IMG/VR virus record: IMGVR_UViG_3300025751_000034
Coordinates: 1 to 47,373 of that record
Direction: 5' to 3' (one strand)
Origin: a virus
Taxonomy: Duplodnaviria; Caudoviricetes
DNA: 47,373 nt
Part shown: one piece after another, positions 36,541 through 46,797 of the stretch
Layout of the letters: each line of letters starts with the position of its first letter
Position numbering within the stretch: the stretch's first letter is position 1
The notes under the pieces: generated by a model
Told to the model about the DNA's origin: nothing
Seen by the model: only the letters and a program-made list of their open reading frames with translations
Databases searched by the model: none
Made by a program: the position numbers and the translations under genes

Positions 36541-37917
36541 TTATGCAGTCGCCTTAATCAAAACGTGCTGGTTAGCAGCACGAGTGACCAAGCAGCACTC
36601 AGAGCGGTAGTTGAACTTAGCCAAGTCCTGAGTATCGTTGGTGAATCCGAGGACACCACCACCAGTTACCCAGTGCTCCATCTCACGGCTGTAGCCGTTA
36701 GTAGCCTTGTAGTTCATCTCCAATGCAGGAGCTCTGTTGCCAGACTTTGGGTCAACAACGTTAGCGATTGGAATCATAACGCCAGAAGCAACCTGCTGTC
36801 CGATTGAAGTTTGTCCCAAGAGAGTTGGGTCATTCAACAATTTCCATGCGTGCTTGTGGAACGTGTAACCACCACGGCTGAACGACTTGAAGCCCAAGTT
36901 CAAAGCCATGTCCTTGTCGTTGTTGAACGCACCGTATGCAGCCATCAGACCACCGTTACCAGACTCGATACCAGCGATAGCATCGTCGAGCTTGAGGAAC
37001 TGGTTACTGTTAGCGTAGACAGCGTACTCTGCAGGAGCGCCGTTCTTGTCCAACTGCTTTACGATAACATCGAGGTCATCCAAAGCGTCGATGATATCAG
37101 AAGTAACGATACCTCTGTCCTCAATAGCAGCGAAGTACCCTTCAGTACCTGCAACTCCAGTAACAGCAGAAGTCTTCTCGCCGAGCAACATGGTCATCTC
37201 ACGCTTGTCCAAGAAGCGCTGACGAGTGTCTGCCTCAGACTTGATGTACCATCTGTAGTCGCCACCACCGAGGTCGATGTAGCCGATGTTGGTTGCCTGA
37301 GAACCGCTAACCTCGTACACCTCCTTAACGATGGCGTAGTCATTGATTCTTCTAACAACATTAGACTGCAAGAAATTACCGGGCTGGTCTGAACCCTGAG
37401 CGAACATGTTACCTACGATTGGCAGGACTGCAGCATCGGCAACAGCACTCGCATTTCCGCTAAGAGTAGCAACACTTACCGTAGTGCCAGAAGCAGCTGT
37501 AACGTACAAGCGCTCACCGTCAGCTGGGTTAAGCAGGATGTCACCAACTCTAGCAACCATTGCTGTGGCGTTATCACTACCAGCAGCAGTTACAGTGATG
37601 TCACCAGTAGTTGCTGATGCAAAACCAGTTGCGACTGCTTGACCTTGGTGCAAACGAGCTTCTTCGAAGTACTGAACTTGGTCAGCAGTTCCGGCTGCGT
37701 TTACAGCACCGGTCAACTTCAAGAAGCCGGTGATACCTTGGTCACCATATTGCTTAACGAGCTGAGCTCGAACGTCAGGTGCGTTAACTTCGTTGATGAA
37801 GTCATAGAGAGAAGTGTACTTGGTGGGGTCAGCCAAGTTGAACAAGCTGTTCTTAACCCCTTTGGGAGTAAATCCATCATTGGAGTTACCCGTTGGTTGA
37901 GAGACTGTAATAGCCAT
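36541..37917 (-). CDS. Major capsid protein
   Basis: 458 aa after the scaffold; YGDQ.I.GFL, SGSQ, GTEG.FAAIE.RG, LNLGF.SF.RG.Y.F.K..WK.LND; strong codon bias. Confidence 0.8.
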   Translation of the reverse strand: MAITVSQPTGNSNDGFTPKGVKNSLFNLADPTKYTSLYDFINEVNAPDVRAQLVKQYGDQGITGFLKLTGAVNAAGTADQVQYFEEARLHQGQAVATGFASATTGDITVTAAGSDNATAMVARVGDILLNPADGERLYVTAASGTTVSVATLSGNASAVADAAVLPIVGNMFAQGSDQPGNFLQSNVVRRINDYAIVKEVYEVSGSQATNIGYIDLGGGDYRWYIKSEADTRQRFLDKREMTMLLGEKTSAVTGVAGTEGYFAAIEDRGIVTSDIIDALDDLDVIVKQLDKNGAPAEYAVYANSNQFLKLDDAIAGIESGNGGLMAAYGAFNNDKDMALNLGFKSFSRGGYTFHKHAWKLLNDPTLLGQTSIGQQVASGVMIPIANVVDPKSGNRAPALEMNYKATNGYSREMEHWVTGGGVLGFTNDTQDLAKFNYRSECCLVTRAANQHVLIKATA

Positions 37918-37930
37918 TAGTTCCTAATTT

Positions 37931-39043
37931 TTAGAATTTAAAAGATAAAGAGCTCCCTCCTCCGAATGCTTTCAAAATCTGCTCGTCAAGACTATTTGAT
38001 TGTGGTGTAGTGTCTCTTTTAGTAGGCTCGTTGCTAATGTTGGCTGCGTTCTGAACAACCTTACGTTGTCCGTCACTTAGCCCTTGTTGGTATACCGACT
38101 TCACAATGCTATCGATGTTGTCCACCAAAGCTCTGTGAGCATTAAGCTTTTCAAAGTTCCAACTACCACCCTCATTCACATAGTCATCAAAGTATTCTTC
38201 AAGACGAGAGTTCTTGCTGATGAGAGATTTTCTGTACTCATCTTTGATTCCATAGGTGAAGTTCTCACCTGAAGGTAACTGGAAGATAAGTCCGTCAAAG
38301 TCATTTACCTCAGCAGTCATGGATTGAATCCATTCATCGGTAATGGGAGATTGCACTTCAGTTTCTCCTCGCTCGTTGACTGGCAATTGATACCCGTCTC
38401 TAAGTTCAGAGATTGTTTTACGTGCTGATTCCGCGTCCATCTTAAGCTGCAGCTTTGCAAGGGCAACTTCGTTTTCGTCGTATCGGTCCGCATCCAGTTT
38501 GTACTTGTTATTAACCAGCATGTTAATCTCATCCATGGACAGATTATCGTGCTCAATAACCATCTGGTTTCTGATAGCAGTTACGTCATCCATTTCGGTT
38601 GGGTTCAACTGCTGATACTTATACCAGTCTTCTGGGCTACGTCCCGTCTTCTTAACGAAGTCGTTAATCGCTGCTACGCGCTCGTCGATTTCTACGGGTT
38701 TATTTGAAATCATCTGAGACAAGTAATCGTAATCAGAGACTTGAGTTCCAAGCTTTTCGCTTAGGTAATTCAAAACCTCTGAATCGATATCTACCTCAGG
38801 TTTGATATCATTCGTGTTGGTTACTTCCTCTTGAGCAGGCTCTGAAGGTTGAGCTTCAGGCTGAGCATCCATCTGGATGTTTTCAGGAGTAGTCTGTTCA
38901 ACAGGAGTTTCGTTCTGTACAGGCACATCAGTAGTGTCTGCAACGGTTTGGTCCACAGCATTGTCTGTAGGTTCTTGTGTAGGCATTTCATCACTGAGTG
39001 TAAACCCAGCATCTGCCATCACAGTTTTTAAATTATCATTCAT
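37931..39043 (-). CDS. Capsid scaffolding protein
   Basis: Acidic disordered N-terminus, KTGR..ED, YQQG..D; directly upstream of the MCP. Confidence 0.7.
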   Translation of the reverse strand: MNDNLKTVMADAGFTLSDEMPTQEPTDNAVDQTVADTTDVPVQNETPVEQTTPENIQMDAQPEAQPSEPAQEEVTNTNDIKPEVDIDSEVLNYLSEKLGTQVSDYDYLSQMISNKPVEIDERVAAINDFVKKTGRSPEDWYKYQQLNPTEMDDVTAIRNQMVIEHDNLSMDEINMLVNNKYKLDADRYDENEVALAKLQLKMDAESARKTISELRDGYQLPVNERGETEVQSPITDEWIQSMTAEVNDFDGLIFQLPSGENFTYGIKDEYRKSLISKNSRLEEYFDDYVNEGGSWNFEKLNAHRALVDNIDSIVKSVYQQGLSDGQRKVVQNAANISNEPTKRDTTPQSNSLDEQILKAFGGGSSLSFKF

Positions 39044-39045
39044 GA

Positions 39046-39366
39046 TTAACTAAATTTCTTTTTTTGTCCCTTAGGGGGGTCTTTCTTGTGGCCACCTGCC
39101 GACCAGAGAAACCTATTAGCCCAATACGCTGCACTGCCTTTCCTAGCAATGTTCTTTGCATGCCTGCTCCTAAATGCTGAACGGGCCTCGTCGCTGTAGT
39201 TGTTGCCCATGCTCTGGTCGCCAAATCGAATGAGAACCCCATCCTCTTGGCCGGGACCAATAGTGCTTACCACGGCAGCTTTTTTGGTGCCATGACCTCT
39301 GGTTAACTTCGGCTTGTTTACACCAGCGAATCCTAACCTCTTTGCTTTCTCTGCAGCCTTAGACAT
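39046..39366 (-). CDS. Small basic protein (LIRFG...R.AFR.RH...SAAYWA...LW family)
   Basis: 106 aa, very basic, motif recalled from viral proteins. Confidence 0.7.
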   Translation of the reverse strand: MSKAAEKAKRLGFAGVNKPKLTRGHGTKKAAVVSTIGPGQEDGVLIRFGDQSMGNNYSDEARSAFRSRHAKNIARKGSAAYWANRFLWSAGGHKKDPPKGQKKKFS

Positions 39367-39370
39367 GCTA

Positions 39371-39378
39371 CAAATATA
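39371..39378 (-). promoter_or_regulatory. Bacteroidota -7 promoter element TATATTTG (head operon)
   Basis: Exact TAnnTTTG 4 nt before ATG39366. Confidence 0.55.
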
Positions 39379-39396
39379 GCAACATGTTGTGAATGT

Positions 39397-39690
39397 TTAT
39401 TTTACTGGTAGTTCAGAAGACCTGAGGCTAATATGAGTCTCGTGAATTCCGTACTCACCCTCCGGTATAACATGAAGGCAAATAGCTCCGTCAGGCTCAA
39501 TGATGGTAATCTCATAACCCTCTGGACCCACATTCAACGTTTCATACGTAGCGTAGCTAACCCCGTCGATTATCTCGCACTCCTCAAACTCAGATTCAGC
39601 TGTGCAGAAGGTTATGTACTGAGCTACCCTGTCATCATTCCAGACAATCGGCAGTTCAGTGCTTTCGTCAACTTCGATGTAATACGTCAT
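39397..39690 (-). CDS. Hypothetical acidic protein
   Basis: 97 aa, ATGA overlap with the upstream gene. Confidence 0.65.
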   Translation of the reverse strand: MTYYIEVDESTELPIVWNDDRVAQYITFCTAESEFEECEIIDGVSYATYETLNVGPEGYEITIIEPDGAICLHVIPEGEYGIHETHISLRSSELPVK

Positions 39691-40898
39691 GATACTGAAA
39701 CTAAAACCATATTCGACTGCTGCCCTTGTACTGGGATTACTCTATTAACGGTAAGTCCGTCAAACATGCTCAAATCCTCAATAGCCGTTCTTGATGCGCC
39801 CTCTATAATTAGTTCGCCTTCAGTAATGTTTCCAGCAGTGTGTCCTGTTACGTATGTCTTACCGTCCTTGACAAATGCAGCCCCATAACCAGACCTAGGA
39901 CCACTACCATAAACCTTAGTGAATCCAGTGTAGGTACCATCTCTATCCCACCCAGAAGTCTTTGAGCCAGTCTCATCCCACTGGACATTGCTATTGGCAT
40001 ATCCAGCTCTATACAGATATCCGTCATCGGTTACGACATGGCTTGAATACCGTCCAAAACCAACAGAAATCACATCGTTCAATGCGCTACCACCAGCAAT
40101 TGTTGTAATTACTGGAGTTGTCGTTGAACCCGACTTGCCTAAGCTATTGCCATTGTTGTATCCCCAGACGTAAAGACTGCCATACCCATCACCCGCTGTT
40201 GCTTCAATAATTGCTCCACCTCCGTCATACCCAGCTGATATGTCTATTGCATTAGTCACGCCAGTAAGCTTTGTAAGTGTTGATGTGTTACCGCTAGTTG
40301 TTCCTTGTCCAGTTCGATAACTAGCGTTGCGACCAGCCACATAAACTTCTCCGCTATCATTCATAATGATGGTGAAGTTTTCTCCCCTTTCTACTCTAGT
40401 CCAGTTTGTTGCGGTCCCTACTTTAGTCCAGCTGGTTGTGTTCGTGTTGGTTCCATTTCCGGCCTGCCGATAGTAGTTATAACCCAAGTGATAATACTCC
40501 CCGTTTTTTATTGCGGCAAACTCAAACCTACCCCCAGCAATATCCTCCCAGTCAGTATCGGTACCAAATTGAGTCCACGTTGTTTGAGTTCCATAGCTGT
40601 TGTAGCTACCACTCCTGTTAAGCATCCACAACGTTCCGTCGCCTTTTAGGGCCCAAAAGTTAAAGTATTGATTTGAAACTACCTTATCAAAGATATGTGT
40701 GGTTGAACTTGTGAATGCATACTGCTCTGGGCCTAAGTCCGAATCAACGCTAGAAAAGTCGTATACCCAATTGTTTACAGAGTCCCCAAACATGTAGGTT
40801 CCAGCACCTAAGCTTCGACCTCCAGCCGGAACGTCAAGACCTGATATAGAAGCTATGTTAGCCATTGATAATCCTGAGTATTCTGAAATGTCTGGCAT
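39687..40898 (-). CDS. RCC1/BLIP-II-like beta-propeller protein
   Basis: Repeats ALKGDGTLW, W..IAGG, G.N.Y.Q.GNG, GEVYVAGRN, LYVWGYN...LG. Confidence 0.75.
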   Translation of the reverse strand: MPDISEYSGLSMANIASISGLDVPAGGRSLGAGTYMFGDSVNNWVYDFSSVDSDLGPEQYAFTSSTTHIFDKVVSNQYFNFWALKGDGTLWMLNRSGSYNSYGTQTTWTQFGTDTDWEDIAGGRFEFAAIKNGEYYHLGYNYYRQAGNGTNTNTTSWTKVGTATNWTRVERGENFTIIMNDSGEVYVAGRNASYRTGQGTTSGNTSTLTKLTGVTNAIDISAGYDGGGAIIEATAGDGYGSLYVWGYNNGNSLGKSGSTTTPVITTIAGGSALNDVISVGFGRYSSHVVTDDGYLYRAGYANSNVQWDETGSKTSGWDRDGTYTGFTKVYGSGPRSGYGAAFVKDGKTYVTGHTAGNITEGELIIEGASRTAIEDLSMFDGLTVNRVIPVQGQQSNMVLVSVS

Positions 40899-40912
40899 GT
40901 CCGGTCATCAAA

Positions 40913-41956
40913 TTACGCAATCTTGACATACTCTGGAGATGGGTCAAACCAAATGATGTAGTGATTCACTGACGATATGGTTACAGCGTTTATAACATAG
41001 CCCATCTGCCGTCTATATGTACTTGATGTGGTTGGTGCAGCTAGCGTTAAAACGCCAGCACTAGCTGGGTCCAGATAAAGAGGGTCTCCATAGCTACTGC
41101 TGAATGTTCCGTTCACAGCAGACTGAGGAATCGCAACCATACCTCGGACATAAAAATTTCTGCTTCCTTGACCCCCATTTACTGTAATAACTGTAATACC
41201 TGCAATTTGGTTTATGTTAGTAGACGAACTAGAAGCATCCAGCAATTCTGGGGCACCCGCCGCCGCCGACATAGTGTGAACCTTGAAGGCTGTCACGTCG
41301 CCAGCCTTAGTAAAACCCATTAGGTCTCCTGCACTATTTCCAGATAAGCCCAAGTACGGACCAACGTCTGAACCGTCATAAAACTCCCCGTATCTGACGT
41401 TTGCGTCTGGCTGATACTCTATTTTTCCCGACACCTCCATCACACTGCCATCCCACGTAAGGTCGGCTTCTGCGTCTATATTGGAGCTGCTGTCACCCGC
41501 TGTAAGGATTCGGTTTTCTGCGTAGTTATCTATGGTGACACCACCACTAGCGGAAGCCCACTCAAGGTTTACATCTGAGCCGGAGACAGAGTTGACCTGC
41601 AGAACCTGATTAGCCGATGGCAGTCCTGCGGGGAAGAAAAGGTTCTGGTCTGCAGACGCAGACGAGTTTGCCATCAAGCAAACATAATCAGTACCTACAG
41701 CACCTGCGAACAGCTTAAGACACCCCTGCGCACCAGAAGTATCCTCAAGGATTTGCATGCCGCCAGAAAGAGAAGTTGTAGAGGCTCCGGCATCGCTTGA
41801 GAACATGCTAAAAACGTTGTCCCCTGACGAGTTTTGAAAGAAAAGCCCAGAGCTTCCTGACGCAAACGTAAAAATTCTGGTGCTGGACGTTGCGGTTAGG
41901 TTGGTTGTAGCTAGGTTACCGTCCTCTTCAGTAAGTATTTTTTTCCAAGTGGACAT
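40913..41956 (-). CDS. Tail fibre/decoration protein
   Basis: Ser/Gly-rich; NRILTA...AEADLTWDGS; GD.LYL....G.LT..APT. Confidence 0.6.
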   Translation of the reverse strand: MSTWKKILTEEDGNLATTNLTATSSTRIFTFASGSSGLFFQNSSGDNVFSMFSSDAGASTTSLSGGMQILEDTSGAQGCLKLFAGAVGTDYVCLMANSSASADQNLFFPAGLPSANQVLQVNSVSGSDVNLEWASASGGVTIDNYAENRILTAGDSSSNIDAEADLTWDGSVMEVSGKIEYQPDANVRYGEFYDGSDVGPYLGLSGNSAGDLMGFTKAGDVTAFKVHTMSAAAGAPELLDASSSSTNINQIAGITVITVNGGQGSRNFYVRGMVAIPQSAVNGTFSSSYGDPLYLDPASAGVLTLAAPTTSSTYRRQMGYVINAVTISSVNHYIIWFDPSPEYVKIA

Positions 41957-41965
41957 GGGCTGCTA

Positions 41966-42145
41966 TTATTTAGCAACCTCCATAGCCTCGGCTGGCTGCT
42001 TTTTCTGCTCTGCTTTTTGAAGCCGTTCGAATTCCTTATCGACCTTCTCTAATAGGGCGCTTACTATTTTAGCGTCAGCGGCCTTTATGGTTTGATTTTC
42101 TACTGATGTCTTTACGATGTAAAGTTCGTTAAGCTCTAATTTCAT
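41966..42145 (-). CDS. Small helical protein (59 aa), possible fibre chaperone
   Basis: Hand-translated MKLELNELYIVKTSVENQTIKAADAK...; fills the gap. Confidence 0.6.
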   Translation of the reverse strand: MKLELNELYIVKTSVENQTIKAADAKIVSALLEKVDKEFERLQKAEQKKQPAEAMEVAK

Positions 42146-42163
42146 TGTAATGATGTTTATGGT

Positions 42164-42337
42164 CTATTTGGACTTCAATTGATTTTGTAGCTTTTGCACT
42201 ATGTCTGCCAACAAAAGTACATCCTTCCCGTCAAATTTGCAATCATGCAAAATTTTTAGGATGAATGTTAACTCTTGTTGGGTCAGGGTGTCAGTGGTAA
42301 CCCCACCGACATCCCTGCCCTTACCAAGAATAGGCAT
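42164..42337 (-). CDS. Small helical protein (57 aa), possible fibre chaperone
   Basis: Hand-translated MPILGKG...LTQQELTFILKILHDCKFDGKDV...KLQ; starts 2 nt after the upstream stop. Confidence 0.6.
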   Translation of the reverse strand: MPILGKGRDVGGVTTDTLTQQELTFILKILHDCKFDGKDVLLLADIVQKLQNQLKSK

Positions 42338-42339
42338 TA

Positions 42340-43614
42340 TTAATCGATATACAAGTACAGGCCTTTAGTACCAGCCGTTCCATCATTATAGAACAAAGCC
42401 CCGGTAGGCATAATCGAAGACGTTGGGTCAGCAGCACCCTTCGTAAGTGCAGCGACACCCATGCTTGGGTATGAGCCCACAGCACCGTCATCCTTAAACT
42501 CCCATCCAGCAACTCCTGCGCTGCTGTCCTTCCAGAGGAAGTTTGCTCTGTTGGCTGCTGTACCTGAAGTGTCTACAATGAGACCAGCTGAAGTGGCGTT
42601 GGCAGCTGTGCCAGCACCATCTGCTACCAAGATTGTCTTGTCTTCAACAGTCAAAGTCTGAACATCAACTGAAGACGTTGCTCCGTTTACAACAAGGTCA
42701 CCATAAATAGTGACAACTGGGTCACCACCATTGGTTGTTGCCGCAGCAATCTTCATTACATCTACAGCAGCGTTCTGAGTCATACCAGATGACGAGCCGG
42801 GGTCTGAAGCCTTAAAGAAGATGTCACCACCAACTCCAGTACCCGTACTAAGACCTGACGTGAATGTGAGGTCGCCACCCGACAAGTTAACGTCTCCAGA
42901 AGTAGCAGCATTGACACCACTCATGGATATCATAGCAAGCAAGTTCTGGTCTAAGTCCAGCGTTGGGACTACGGTACTTCCGTCACTGGTGATGTTGTCT
43001 CCGCCAATAACGGACGTAACCGTACCAGAATTGGTCGTGTATCCAAGGCCGGTGACGAATGCGTGAATCTGGTCACCTGTAGCAAGAGCAGTTCCACCGT
43101 CTGCCACCGCACCCGTTACGATTGTCAGCGATGGGGTTGTCGTGCCGTTAGCAACAGTTAGCTGGCTAGTCGTTGCTGAAGAAACTGAAGTGACAGTACC
43201 TGTGTTCGTTGTGTACCCAAGTCCAGTAACGAATGCGTGAATCTGGTCAGCCGTAGCAAGTCCCGTACCTCCATCTGCAATAGCCGCTGTCTTAGCTCTT
43301 ACCGCTCCACTTCCGTTTGTCGCAGACAGCTCGATGGTTACACCATCAACAGTAACTTCAATTTCGTCCGCGTTGGCAGTAATACCATCACCGCCAATCA
43401 CATTCAGCGTGGGGTTTATTGTAGATGTTCCGGTTTGGGTCATACCCGCTCCAGCAATAACTGACGTTACAGTACCCTCGGTGCTGCTTAAGCCACTAAT
43501 TGCTGTCTGAATCGCGTCATAAACCGCGTCCTCTGAGGGAACTGTGGTGGTTACGCCGTTCGTTACCGTTTGTGTAATGTCCGTCTCAAGTAAGACTCTT
43601 TTCCAATCTGCCAT
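42340..43614 (-). CDS. Tail fibre-like protein with internal repeats
   Basis: Thr/Gly-rich, GTVTSV repeats, GDLVVNG......L.VEDK motif. Confidence 0.7.
   Translation of the reverse strand: MADWKRVLLETDITQTVTNGVTTTVPSEDAVYDAIQTAISGLSSTEGTVTSVIAGAGMTQTGTSTINPTLNVIGGDGITANADEIEVTVDGVTIELSATNGSGAVRAKTAAIADGGTGLATADQIHAFVTGLGYTTNTGTVTSVSSATTSQLTVANGTTTPSLTIVTGAVADGGTALATGDQIHAFVTGLGYTTNSGTVTSVIGGDNITSDGSTVVPTLDLDQNLLAMISMSGVNAATSGDVNLSGGDLTFTSGLSTGTGVGGDIFFKASDPGSSSGMTQNAAVDVMKIAAATTNGGDPVVTIYGDLVVNGATSSVDVQTLTVEDKTILVADGAGTAANATSAGLIVDTSGTAANRANFLWKDSSAGVAGWEFKDDGAVGSYPSMGVAALTKGAADPTSSIMPTGALFYNDGTAGTKGLYLYID
43011..43280 (-). repeat. Intragenic duplication, 174-nt (58-aa) period
   Basis: ADGGT.LAT.DQIHAFVTGLGYTTN.GTVTSV twice; GAATGCGTGAATCTGGTCA at 43057 and 43231. 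Confidence 0.85.
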
Positions 43615-43653
43615 GATTTTTTGCTTAGAATTTCGTTGCTAAGATACAGAGTT

Positions 43654-44187
43654 TCAGTTTACCCCAAAATAAATATTATCATCTTCGTCGGCATACATGC
43701 CCCCCGCAAAAGCGGTTGGTGGACTAGCTACAGGAAATCGTTTAAATTCTACGACACCGTCGAGGTTAACATGACCGGTACCATTTGGTGTAAAGATAAT
43801 ATCCTGATTACTCGTAGAGACGATAGACTGTCCGTTGATATCTAGGTCGCCACCTAACTGAGGAGTCGTGTCCTCAACTACGTTTTGTAATCCAGAACCG
43901 CTACCGCCTACCGCAGTCCAGTTGCTTGTGTTTTGCCAATCACTATTATCTACTAACTGATACTTGTCTTCAAGCCCAACAACAGATTGACGCGGACCAT
44001 CGTATACGTACAACGTATCGTCGTTACACATATAAGCCAAGTATGGAGACGAGCGATTCGCCTCGGACAGACTATTCCTTTCGGATACGGTATTGAATAT
44101 ACCAATACCCCTAGTCTGCTGGAGAGCTAACTCAAGCAGCTTTGCTGAATCTGATGAATGCGATAAGGGGCCGTTAAACTCTGGCAT
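43654..44187 (-). CDS. Virion structural/fibre-associated protein
   Basis: VVEDTTPQLGGDLDING and I.FTPNGTG.V motifs typical of phage fibres. Confidence 0.6.
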   Translation of the reverse strand: MPEFNGPLSHSSDSAKLLELALQQTRGIGIFNTVSERNSLSEANRSSPYLAYMCNDDTLYVYDGPRQSVVGLEDKYQLVDNSDWQNTSNWTAVGGSGSGLQNVVEDTTPQLGGDLDINGQSIVSTSNQDIIFTPNGTGHVNLDGVVEFKRFPVASPPTAFAGGMYADEDDNIYFGVN

Positions 44188-44188
44188 A

Positions 44189-46396
44189 TTAAGACTCCGT
44201 ATTTCTTAGTAAGTAATAAGTACCTCTGAGGCCAACGTTGGCTAATGCCGTGTACAGCCTCAATACATGAAATGGAATTTTATTGCTCGCAGTTCCAAAT
44301 TGAATCTGCAAGTCCAGCCCTTCTTTTAGGAGCCAGAAGTCGCCTGTAGTCTGTGGTGGTTCTTCTATTCGTTGTGTATAGTTATTGCCTCCGTAGTCCT
44401 CAAAGAAATCTTGATTAAGGTTTCCTCCGCCAGTCAAGTCCTGATAACCACCACTGCCATCAGAAAAATAATACGAAGGAACAAACACATATACATAATC
44501 ACCTACCGCCTGAGTGTTAGGCACAATCATAGATACGCTGAGCTGAGATGTGTTACCATCAACTAAGTCCCCAGTAGAAGTAATCACCTCTGGGTAGCTG
44601 GAGATTCCGTTATTAGACGTAACGCCATCGTACATGTTCTGAAAATCAGAATCAGAACTCGAAGCCGTAAGCCCGGTCGAGCTCATAATCATTCTAACAG
44701 GAACCCTGTTTACCACATATACCGATGACTCGAAGTCACAGTGAGGCGAGTTGATGGTGGTGTATGGCCTAACATTATCCCACACTTTTACTTTATAAGT
44801 ATTGGAGTCGCCGATAGCAACATCACCGTCATCGATATTAATTGTAAACGTTCCGGTTCTTCCGTTACTATCTAATGACTCGCCTGATATATCTACCACG
44901 CTTCCGACTAAGCTATTGCTAGCATCTAGAACTGCATAGCTATCCAAGCCAACTCCTGAAGTCTCAACCTCTACTTTAAACTTTAGATTACTCTCCCCAT
45001 TATATAACTGTCGATTGAAATCTGTTTCGTCACTAGAAACTGTGGCCGTAGCATTTGTAGCTCGCTGCAGGCTGATGCCATTGGTATTACTTACATTAAG
45101 TAACCTAGGCGGTGTGTATGCAGGGTTGTAAGTAATCTCAGAACTAAATACCTCACCTTGACCATTGTCTGGTTCTTCAGCGCTGACCTTCCAAGTGATG
45201 TGTTCGTTAGTTGGGTTCTCTGAAGCAAAGGCAAAACTGTAAAGCTCTTCGTGCGTATAACTTGCAGTTGAACCTGTAACCCCTGTCTCTGTATGGATGA
45301 GAGAGAAGGAGCCACTACCAATCTTTTTATAGAACTTGAAGGTAATGGTGGAGCCTTGGGATACGTTTGGATTTGTTACCGTGGCTGTAATCTGAGCCGT
45401 CGCGTTGGTGATTGGCGTGTCGCTAAAACCCACGTTACTCGGGTTAGCAGATATTGAAGGTGCTTCTATCTCACCTAATTGAATCAGCGCCTCTCTAATG
45501 ATATCAAGAGCGGTCTTCGTTCCGTCGCCAATTGCGATGGTGTCGGTATGAGAGAACTTACCAAAGTTTCCCCCGTCAGGCAAGAACACCTCAATAGCCT
45601 CATCTAGAAAATCCTGAGAAGCTACGTCACCAAAAGCAACAGAGCCAGAACCATCTGTGATTAAGGCTTGACCTGAAGTTCCGTCAGATGTTGGGAGCGT
45701 GTATACTGATGCCTGCGTATTCGTAGAAGAGCCAATAAAGAACTTACCGTCCGGAAGATTAGGAACATCGTTACTCCTTCCTGAACCATACACCATGCCG
45801 CTTCCATTGCTACCATGCGACTTGATGACTACACCTAGGTTCTGAATGAGATTCGTTCCGGTCGGCTTTACGTTTGTATAACCGCCTGTCTCCCCAACAT
45901 AGACTACATCACCTGCGGTAAAAGCAGACGTATCAACCCCAGAAATCAACCCAACGACAAGAGCTTCGCCCTCAGCCTCATCGTCCAAGTCTTCATTCAA
46001 AACAAACGTAGCTGGCATAGCGGAGGCAGTGTCTGCACGTGCCGCAATAACGTAAGCGAGCTGACCTTGTGGTGAAGCGTCAGTAACAGCGTGGACTGGA
46101 GTTCCCTTTAAGAGCTGACCACCAGACACGTTCTTTACTTGCTGGGTTACGTTATTGTCATCAGGGATATGTTCGAGAGGTACATTTTCCCAAAACCCGC
46201 TGGAAGCATTATACTGAAGAATGTCATCATCTTGAACATTGGTGATGTTGACATCGGAGATTGTAGTTACTGAGATTGTGGCAACAGGAGATACTGTCGC
46301 GGAAATGCCTTTGCTTACCGCGAACGATACTCCAGTAGTACTACCCCTTACTAAGGATATAGCTGGACCTTTGCTCAGTGAAAATTGAATCTCCAT
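44189..46396 (-). CDS. Fibre/decoration protein
   Basis: DV.IT......LQYN...W.N, capsid-cement-like KGTPV...GD.VYVG region, YTLPTSDGTSGQAL.TDGSG. Confidence 0.65.
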   Translation of the reverse strand: MEIQFSLSKGPAISLVRGSTTGVSFAVSKGISATVSPVATISVTTISDVNITNVQDDDILQYNASSGFWENVPLEHIPDDNNVTQQVKNVSGGQLLKGTPVHAVTDASPQGQLAYVIAARADTASAMPATFVLNEDLDDEAEGEALVVGLISGVDTSAFTAGDVVYVGETGGYTNVKPTGTNLIQNLGVVIKSHGSNGSGMVYGSGRSNDVPNLPDGKFFIGSSTNTQASVYTLPTSDGTSGQALITDGSGSVAFGDVASQDFLDEAIEVFLPDGGNFGKFSHTDTIAIGDGTKTALDIIREALIQLGEIEAPSISANPSNVGFSDTPITNATAQITATVTNPNVSQGSTITFKFYKKIGSGSFSLIHTETGVTGSTASYTHEELYSFAFASENPTNEHITWKVSAEEPDNGQGEVFSSEITYNPAYTPPRLLNVSNTNGISLQRATNATATVSSDETDFNRQLYNGESNLKFKVEVETSGVGLDSYAVLDASNSLVGSVVDISGESLDSNGRTGTFTINIDDGDVAIGDSNTYKVKVWDNVRPYTTINSPHCDFESSVYVVNRVPVRMIMSSTGLTASSSDSDFQNMYDGVTSNNGISSYPEVITSTGDLVDGNTSQLSVSMIVPNTQAVGDYVYVFVPSYYFSDGSGGYQDLTGGGNLNQDFFEDYGGNNYTQRIEEPPQTTGDFWLLKEGLDLQIQFGTASNKIPFHVLRLYTALANVGLRGTYYLLRNTES

Positions 46397-46797
46397 TATA
46401 TGCTAACGTCCTCATTGATTTTGAAAGTTCCGTACAGCCAAGTGGTAACCACACCACCCACTGTTGCTTGAATGTCGTACACGTATAGTCCTGAATCAAC
46501 ACCGGACATATTGGTAGCGGACACAGTAAATTGAAGATTGCCGCTATCGTCGGGGTCATATGTAATCTGCTTCCCTTCTGAGTTGTCAGTGTCCTCGGTA
46601 GTTAGAATCAAATCATCAGCAGCTTCACCGCCCGTCGATGTGTCGCTAGTCCTTACCTCAAACTTAAATGTATGCCCACTCATATCGAGAGCGGTTCCAG
46701 ATGAGTTAGTGATGTCCAAGTCAAGCAAGAACGTATCACCCTTTCTGCAGGTGATGTCTACTCTTTGTGCTGTGTCTAAATTGATTACGTTAGCCAT
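46396..46797 (-). CDS. Ig-like virion adaptor protein (BppU-N-like)
   Basis: DITCRKGDTF, G.YVYDIQ, G.F.INEDV; probable start MANVINLD. Confidence 0.6.
   Translation of the reverse strand: MANVINLDTAQRVDITCRKGDTFLLDLDITNSSGTALDMSGHTFKFEVRTSDTSTGGEAADDLILTTEDTDNSEGKQITYDPDDSGNLQFTVSATNMSGVDSGLYVYDIQATVGGVVTTWLYGTFKINEDVSI

Noticed and set aside
43011-43280. DGR template/variable repeat pair
   Set aside because: The differences are mostly synonymous and not adenine-specific, both copies are in frame in one gene, and no reverse transcriptase is seen.
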